Assembly: GCA_965231215.1 (NCBI GenBank)
Contig: OZ246423.1
Location: 1,184,001 to 1,248,000 of the forward strand
DNA length: 64,000 nucleotides
Origin: Candidatus Altimarinota bacterium
Lineage (GTDB): Bacteria > Patescibacteriota > Gracilibacteria > UBA4473
Direction: 5' to 3'
Shown here in pieces: positions 58,354 through 64,000 of this stretch. The position numbers were made by a program, and so were the translations under genes. The notes beneath the pieces are model-generated. The model did not search any database and had not been told where the DNA came from. It saw only the letters and a program-made list of their open reading frames with translations. Every line of letters starts with the position of its first letter. Positions within the stretch are counted from its first letter, which is position 1.

Positions 58354-61300
58354 ATGAAAGCTTTTTTTTATCGTGCTTCGAGCAAAAATTTTCTAAAAAA
58401 TTTTTTGAGAAGTGCGAAACTTTGTCTTTTCGCGCTTCCGCTACTTTTCTCCGTTGCTTTTGCTTACCCTGTAAATAAAAGTAATGGTCAGACTACTATT
58501 TATCAGGGGTCTACTGTTAATTTTTTAGTCAGTACTTCTGATTTAGGTTTTACTCCTGCTGGTATTACTTGGTGGAGTGATTACTATTCTACTTCTCCTC
58601 GTTATGGAGATATTGTCGGTGGTTATGTTTATATTGATGGCGTACAATATGGCACTTCAAGCATATATTTCCCGGGCTTTGGTTTGCCTGTGACTTACAA
58701 TACTACAGGGGCTAAAATTCCTTATTTTTGTTTCCATACTCAAGGTTTAAATCAGCCAGGTGATACTCAAAGCTGTTTTACTTATAACTCGAACAATGGG
58801 GACCTTCCTACTAACAGTTATATAAATGTTATTTCTTATTCGGCTGGTAACCCTGATTTAAAGGTTAATGTGAAAAATATGGTTGATGGCTCTTTGTTTG
58901 AGCCAGGTGAAAACTTCCGATATGTGATTGAGGTTCAAAATGATGGTGGTGTAGAGTTAGGAACAACTCCTAGGATTCAATTCTATTGGAAAAAGGACAA
59001 TCGTTCTTATACACCTGAATATAAGTTTGGTTTTCTTGAACTTCCCAACCTCTCTGCTGGTCAAAAGAAACAGTACCTTTTAACCTTTCACGTTCCTGAT
59101 AATATTCCCGGCGGGAAATACTATTTATACTACGCTTTAGACTCCTTAGCCGAGGTTACTGAATCTTATGAAAATAATAATCGGTATTACGAGGAAATTA
59201 CTGTTTTAGATACTGATCCAGTTTATGCTGAACTTTTCAATGATTCTTCCTTAACTCAGCTTTCTACAACTACAGTTCAGCCCGGTCAAACTCTCCGATA
59301 TTACCCTTATTTTCGTAATACTGGTGATATTGATGCTAACTCCTTTCGTATACAATTTTATTGGCAAAAGGATACTCGATCCTATCAAGATCAATATAAA
59401 TTTGGTTATGCGACTGTTCCGGGAATTGTAAAACAAGGAGTTTACACAAAAGAGTATGTTTTTAATATCCCTGAACATACTCCACCAGGCACCTATTATC
59501 TTTACTATGTGATAGATTCTTTAAATCAGGTAGATGAAAATAATGAAAACAATAATCGTTACTATGCAACGATTACAGTTGAAGATGATACCGCTAACAA
59601 TAAACCCGATTATATAAATGACACCGGCCAAAGCGCTATATCTTCACAAAATTTAAATCCCGGTGATACTTTTTATTACGAACCTTATTTTTTAAATGTA
59701 GGTAATGCAGATGCTACTCGAGATGCTAGTGTCTATTTCTATTTTGGGAAAGATCGTATTTATGATTATGACTATCTTTTTGCAACTTCAACTATCCCCT
59801 CTCTTAATAGAGCACAGGCTCATAATCCAACCTTAAATTTTACTGTTCCACAGTATACACCACCAGGTACCTACTATCTTTACTATGAGATAGATTCATT
59901 TGATCAAATTGCTGAAGAAAATGAAAACAATAATCGTTACTACATTGAACTAACGATTAATTCAGACAATCAAACATCTTTGCCTGATCTTTTGGTGAAT
60001 GAATCATCTTCCCCAATTGATACTACTGTTTTTTTCCCCGGTAAGATATTTCGATACTACCCTACCTTTGTTAATGCCGGTGAAACTGCCTTAACCCGTT
60101 CTTTTCGTGTTTCTTTTTACTTGGAACCAAGTTCTAATGGGCAGAGTTTTCACTCTGATTTTTACCTTGGAAAAGCTGATGTAATCCCACTGGTTGCCGG
60201 TCAAACAAAACAGTACACTTTGACTTTTAAAGTCCCTGAAGATTATTCCCCGGGAAATTATAATTTTTATTATAAAATCGATTCTCTAGATCAAATTTCA
60301 GAGGAGGATGAAAATAACAATCATTACTCTATTTCTCTGGTTATTGATGATCTGTCCGGGGTTCAAGGCTGTACTGATCCAGATGCTTTAAACTACGATT
60401 CTTCTGCTGAGGTTGATGATGGCTCTTGTGTTTTGCCTGGTAAAAATTTATTTGCTTCTTTCCCAGCTTTTGACTTGAACATATTTGAAAGTGAGCCTCC
60501 GAATTATAATCAAGGAGACACTTTTAGTTTTTTCGTTGATATCTTTAATGATGGTACAGTCGATACTGAACCTACTACTATAAATTTTTATGTTAATCAT
60601 TCGGATGTTTCAGCCTCTCAACGATATTCTTCAAATTTAATAAATACCGAGTCTGTTCCCGCCTTGGTCGCTGGTGATACATCTTTTTCTAGCTTTTCTT
60701 ATACGGTTCCAGGTAATTTTCTTCCAGGTACTTATATAATTTCTTGGTCTCTTGATCCCAATAATCTCATTTCAGAAACTAATGAATCTGACAATAAAGA
60801 TTTTGCAATTTTTACTGTTGGTGATCCAGATGGAAATGTAGTTATATCTGGTTGTACCGATCCTTATGCGTCAAATTACAATCAATCGGCAAATGATGAT
60901 GATGGTACTTGTTTCTATGATGATGATTCAGGTGATAATTATTATTCAGAGCCTCCTGCTGATGATGTTTCTTTTACAGACTATGAAAATGAGTGGTGGG
61001 GTGACTACTTCCAAGGTGATTTACAAGATGACATAGATCAAAACTACAATTTAGATGTTGAAGACTATTTTGCAGATGCTTCTTCTGAGTCTTGTACTTT
61101 AAAAATTGGTGTTGCTGATACCACTGTTTTGTCTGATATAAAATTTGTCACTCATGTTTCGAGTTTAAGTAAAATTCTACCACTATCTTCTCCCGTTTCC
61201 TCTACCGGAAATTTTCAAATGTGTAAAGATGGTTTTTGTTCTGCCAATTTTACCGCTAATCTGACTGGCTATGTAGAATCTGGTCTTTATGCTCGTAAAA

Positions 61301-62922
61301 CAAGTAATATTGTAGCTTTTAATCCGTCTGCTTATGGATGGTCACATGGTACTATAGACTACACTTATACAACTGGTAGTTGTACTTATACCGGCTCTTT
61401 TGAGTATGTCCCAAGTAGCTACTTTGTTCCAGGTTGTACCTCTGTGAATGCAGAAAATTATAATGGTTCTGCAACTGTCGATGATGGTTCTTGCCGTTAT
61501 CCAAAAGAAGGGTGTCTTGATCCCGACGCTCTCAATTATGACCCCACAGCAACAATAGCGAGCAACGAAGCCTGTACCTATACCCCCTCGGCGGATTCTT
61601 CTTTCGGGTTTTCTATCGCGGATGGCTATGTTATCCCTGTTGGGAAGTCGTTTAAGGTCAATTACTGGTTTAATATTGATGAAATTGACTTTACCCCAGA
61701 AGAAGCTCGTTTTTACAAAGATTATCGTTTACAAACCTACATTTCACAAAAATTATATGAAGATGATCTACTGGACCAACGCGGTCTTGAGATATATGAC
61801 ACTTATGTATCTCGTGGTGAGTTTACACCTCGCCTATGTTTAATTAGTTCTACAGAGTCTAGAACTCTTTGTGTTTTCGTGGATGGCGAACAGAACTCTC
61901 TTTACGCTCAACATGTTACTGTTGTTGAAGACTCAGGAAAAGAGGGATGTTTAAATCCTCTAGCCCAAAACTATGATCCGTTAGTTACAATTTCAGATGG
62001 CTCCTGTATATTCTCGGGTTCCTCATCTACTCGCTTTTTTGGCAGAAAGTTTCAAACAGTTTTTGATACTGACCACTTAGAGGTTGATTTTTCTACTGAG
62101 AGAATTGAGGGTAAATGGGTTCAGTCTCTTGATTTTCCTAGTTTTGGTCCAACTCCAAATTTAGATTATGATGCATACCTTTGTTATACAAAAATTAACG
62201 AGGAACTTGATATAGAAGTACCAGAAGTTTGTGTTAAACTTGATTCCTTCGCTTATACAGAAGTTTCAGGACAATTAGAACTCCCCTTGCCTTCGAATTT
62301 CCAAGCAGAAGCTAACGCTTGTACAGATCAACAAGTTTTTAGAAGTTTCTATGTTCGCCATGTTTCTAACCCAAATGATCGGGTCGAAATGAATTTTTAC
62401 AATTCTTGGGAATCTGATACTCCTCAACAGTTGCCTAGTTCTCTCTGTTCACAGAATTCTGATATCTCGATTTATATTGATCCAGATGATGAGAATGCTT
62501 CTTCTCTGGGGATATTTGGTTTAAAAGATATAAATTTTGATCTTCCCGACTCAACACCAGCATTTTTTCAGTTTTTGGTTAAAGGCTATTCTGTCGAAAT
62601 TCCATATGTAAATTTTACTTTTAGCATTCCTGGCGTGGAATCTTTTTTAAGAGGGTTGTTTTGGTTTGGTAGCTTTACCTTTAAGCTTTTTGAGCAAATT
62701 CCATTCGTTGGTGATGTCTATAACTTAATGGCTCCAGTGCCATCCGCACAACTAAATTTTCCTCAAGTATTTTTTGGCGTAGAACTTGATAAACCTTCTT
62801 ACAATTCTGTTCAGTATGCTCGATTTGGTGATGATTTTTCGGACTTTTTTGAAAACTTAATTTGGTTTGTGCTAACTTTGTACTTTTTATCACTTCTTTT
62901 TTCCTATTTCTTTAAAACTTAA
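58354..62922 (+). CDS. Giant adhesin / receptor-binding protein (pIII position) with five CARDB-like Ig domains and five GC.D..A.NY repeats
   Basis: Signal peptide (SVAFA); repeated PG....Y....N.G...PG.YYLYY..DS...V.E..ENNN units; C-terminal TM; start MKAFFY at 58354. Confidence 0.85.
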   Translation: MKAFFYRASSKNFLKNFLRSAKLCLFALPLLFSVAFAYPVNKSNGQTTIYQGSTVNFLVSTSDLGFTPAGITWWSDYYSTSPRYGDIVGGYVYIDGVQYGTSSIYFPGFGLPVTYNTTGAKIPYFCFHTQGLNQPGDTQSCFTYNSNNGDLPTNSYINVISYSAGNPDLKVNVKNMVDGSLFEPGENFRYVIEVQNDGGVELGTTPRIQFYWKKDNRSYTPEYKFGFLELPNLSAGQKKQYLLTFHVPDNIPGGKYYLYYALDSLAEVTESYENNNRYYEEITVLDTDPVYAELFNDSSLTQLSTTTVQPGQTLRYYPYFRNTGDIDANSFRIQFYWQKDTRSYQDQYKFGYATVPGIVKQGVYTKEYVFNIPEHTPPGTYYLYYVIDSLNQVDENNENNNRYYATITVEDDTANNKPDYINDTGQSAISSQNLNPGDTFYYEPYFLNVGNADATRDASVYFYFGKDRIYDYDYLFATSTIPSLNRAQAHNPTLNFTVPQYTPPGTYYLYYEIDSFDQIAEENENNNRYYIELTINSDNQTSLPDLLVNESSSPIDTTVFFPGKIFRYYPTFVNAGETALTRSFRVSFYLEPSSNGQSFHSDFYLGKADVIPLVAGQTKQYTLTFKVPEDYSPGNYNFYYKIDSLDQISEEDENNNHYSISLVIDDLSGVQGCTDPDALNYDSSAEVDDGSCVLPGKNLFASFPAFDLNIFESEPPNYNQGDTFSFFVDIFNDGTVDTEPTTINFYVNHSDVSASQRYSSNLINTESVPALVAGDTSFSSFSYTVPGNFLPGTYIISWSLDPNNLISETNESDNKDFAIFTVGDPDGNVVISGCTDPYASNYNQSANDDDGTCFYDDDSGDNYYSEPPADDVSFTDYENEWWGDYFQGDLQDDIDQNYNLDVEDYFADASSESCTLKIGVADTTVLSDIKFVTHVSSLSKILPLSSPVSSTGNFQMCKDGFCSANFTANLTGYVESGLYARKTSNIVAFNPSAYGWSHGTIDYTYTTGSCTYTGSFEYVPSSYFVPGCTSVNAENYNGSATVDDGSCRYPKEGCLDPDALNYDPTATIASNEACTYTPSADSSFGFSIADGYVIPVGKSFKVNYWFNIDEIDFTPEEARFYKDYRLQTYISQKLYEDDLLDQRGLEIYDTYVSRGEFTPRLCLISSTESRTLCVFVDGEQNSLYAQHVTVVEDSGKEGCLNPLAQNYDPLVTISDGSCIFSGSSSTRFFGRKFQTVFDTDHLEVDFSTERIEGKWVQSLDFPSFGPTPNLDYDAYLCYTKINEELDIEVPEVCVKLDSFAYTEVSGQLELPLPSNFQAEANACTDQQVFRSFYVRHVSNPNDRVEMNFYNSWESDTPQQLPSSLCSQNSDISIYIDPDDENASSLGIFGLKDINFDLPDSTPAFFQFLVKGYSVEIPYVNFTFSIPGVESFLRGLFWFGSFTFKLFEQIPFVGDVYNLMAPVPSAQLNFPQVFFGVELDKPSYNSVQYARFGDDFSDFFENLIWFVLTLYFLSLLFSYFFKT

Positions 62923-62924
62923 TA

Positions 62925-63167
62925 ATGGGGACTTTTATAGATTACTTTGTTTCTGTTTTTAAAAAGTTTGTACTTATAACTATTTTTCTGGTTGTTTATA
63001 AAACCTTCTTTGAATCTCATGTTCAACAGCTTTTCGACTTCTTTCAATTTTATTTCTCACTGATATTTCATGGTTTTGGGAAGTATGAAACTTTTAAATT
63101 ACTAGCTGATATATTTTTGCTCTTGTTAACATTGAGGTTTTTCAACTGGCTACTTGCTACTAAATAA
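62925..63167 (+). CDS. Small hydrophobic protein, pVI analogue
   Basis: 80 aa, mostly hydrophobic, between the adhesin and the Zot ATPase as pVI is in inoviruses; ends LLTLRFFNWL. Confidence 0.65.
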   Translation: MGTFIDYFVSVFKKFVLITIFLVVYKTFFESHVQQLFDFFQFYFSLIFHGFGKYETFKLLADIFLLLLTLRFFNWLLATK

Positions 63168-63191
63168 TCTTAATTTTTTAACTACTTTATT

Positions 63192-63998
63192 ATGTACGGT
63201 TTAACTGGATATTTTGGTTCAGGGAAAACTTTGAATATGACAAAACTTCTTTTAAGAGATCATCAAGAAGGGAGATTTGTTGTTACAAATTATACAACTT
63301 CGTTTTCTAATGTGGTTGTAGGCTCTTTGCCTGAATTCGTAAAAATTTTAGAAGAAATATTTATTCTAAAAAATCATGGAAAGGAAATTGGTGATGTTAT
63401 TTCTCAAGTTGAGAAACCTTCGGGCTTTATATCAAAGTCATTAGGTCGTTCTACCAATTACCAAAAAATTTCAATAGGTCTTGATGAGGCTGGTATTTAT
63501 TTTAACTCTCGAGCATTTGCTGAATGGAAAAATTATCCCTATCTAGTGGATTTTATGCTCCAATGTAGAAAGCTTGATGTTCGTATTTACTATACGGTTC
63601 AACATCCTTTATATGTCGATGTCAATTTTAGACGTGTAACTGAAGTTTGGCGCTTATATAAAAAACTGCCATTTATACCGGCTTCTCATTCTTATGATTA
63701 TGTTCTAGACCCTGAAAATCCTGACTATAGAAATCCAATTGATAAACTTGGAGGTTCTTTTTCTTGGCTTGGAGAGCAAGAGGTTTGGAATTATTACGGA
63801 ACTAAAGAATTGGCTATGAAATATAAGCCAGATGATCTTAAGGAAGATTATCAATTTATATTAAATTCTAAAACTGGTAACTATTTTCGTAGATTACCCA
63901 TTCATCGCAGATTTTTTCCTAATTTTGTCGGTGTTTTTGACCGACCTCAAGCCCGCTCGCGGGCTGTTGGTCGGTTAACTCAGGGAACGACTGAATAA
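63192..63998 (+). CDS. Zot/pI-like filamentous phage morphogenesis ATPase
   Basis: Walker A GYFGSGKT at the N-terminus, VVTNY, Walker B IGLDEAGIYFNSR, QCRKLDVRIYYTVQHP..VD..FR. Confidence 0.9.
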   Translation: MYGLTGYFGSGKTLNMTKLLLRDHQEGRFVVTNYTTSFSNVVVGSLPEFVKILEEIFILKNHGKEIGDVISQVEKPSGFISKSLGRSTNYQKISIGLDEAGIYFNSRAFAEWKNYPYLVDFMLQCRKLDVRIYYTVQHPLYVDVNFRRVTEVWRLYKKLPFIPASHSYDYVLDPENPDYRNPIDKLGGSFSWLGEQEVWNYYGTKELAMKYKPDDLKEDYQFILNSKTGNYFRRLPIHRRFFPNFVGVFDRPQARSRAVGRLTQGTTE

Positions 63999-64000
63999 TG

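Larger units (their letters stand above)
56485..64000 (+). mobile_element. Integrated filamentous phage-like element (inovirus-like); right end outside the window
   Basis: Coat-like, small TM, adhesin, pVI-like and Zot/pI genes tightly packed on one strand (TAATG overlaps at 57501 and 63998); abrupt T-rich + strand composition. Confidence 0.85.

Noticed and set aside
63192-63998. Zonula occludens toxin as a virulence factor
   Set aside because: Only the N-terminal ATPase is present, with no C-terminal toxin region; context indicates phage morphogenesis.
1-64000. Genetic code 25 (UGA = Gly)
   Set aside because: Conserved genes are full length in code 11, RF2 is present and TGA stops fall at expected ends.
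1-64000. CRISPR array, IS transposase, rRNA
   Set aside because: No regularly spaced repeat-spacer pattern, transposase motif or rRNA-like sequence was seen; the repeats found are intragenic and in frame.

Overview
Chromosomal window from a reduced-genome bacterium that looks like Patescibacteria/CPR (inference: a VirB4-like ATPase and VirB6-like protein without a conjugative element, a type IV pilin, giant orphan helical proteins, no obvious Shine-Dalgarno sites and -10 boxes close to start codons). It reads in genetic code 11 and encodes RF2. Bases 1-56.4 kb hold housekeeping genes (prfB, ftsZ, ftsA, a stand-alone 5'-3' exonuclease, lepB, nrdAB with tandem NrdR boxes, uppP, maf, fmt, yggS, NAD kinase, ppaC, pgk, gatB, a P-type ATPase, a cysteine desulfurase, tRNA-Leu and tRNA-Ser), interspersed with secreted and giant hypothetical proteins. 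From about 56.5 kb to the window end the + strand turns strongly T-rich and carries a filamentous-phage (inovirus-like) module. It starts at a dif-like 11-6-11 site and encodes a major-coat-like protein, an ssDNA-binding-like protein, small membrane proteins, a Cys-rich protein, a ~1520-aa CARDB-repeat adhesin in the pIII position, a pVI-like protein and a Zot/pI ATPase, and it continues beyond the window. Other highlights are a class Ic (Mn/Fe, Tyr-radical-less) ribonucleotide reductase beta subunit, tRNA 3'-end copies interrupted in the T-loop, and a structured unexplained intergenic region upstream of virB4. All family calls come from motif recognition by eye; no database search was run.
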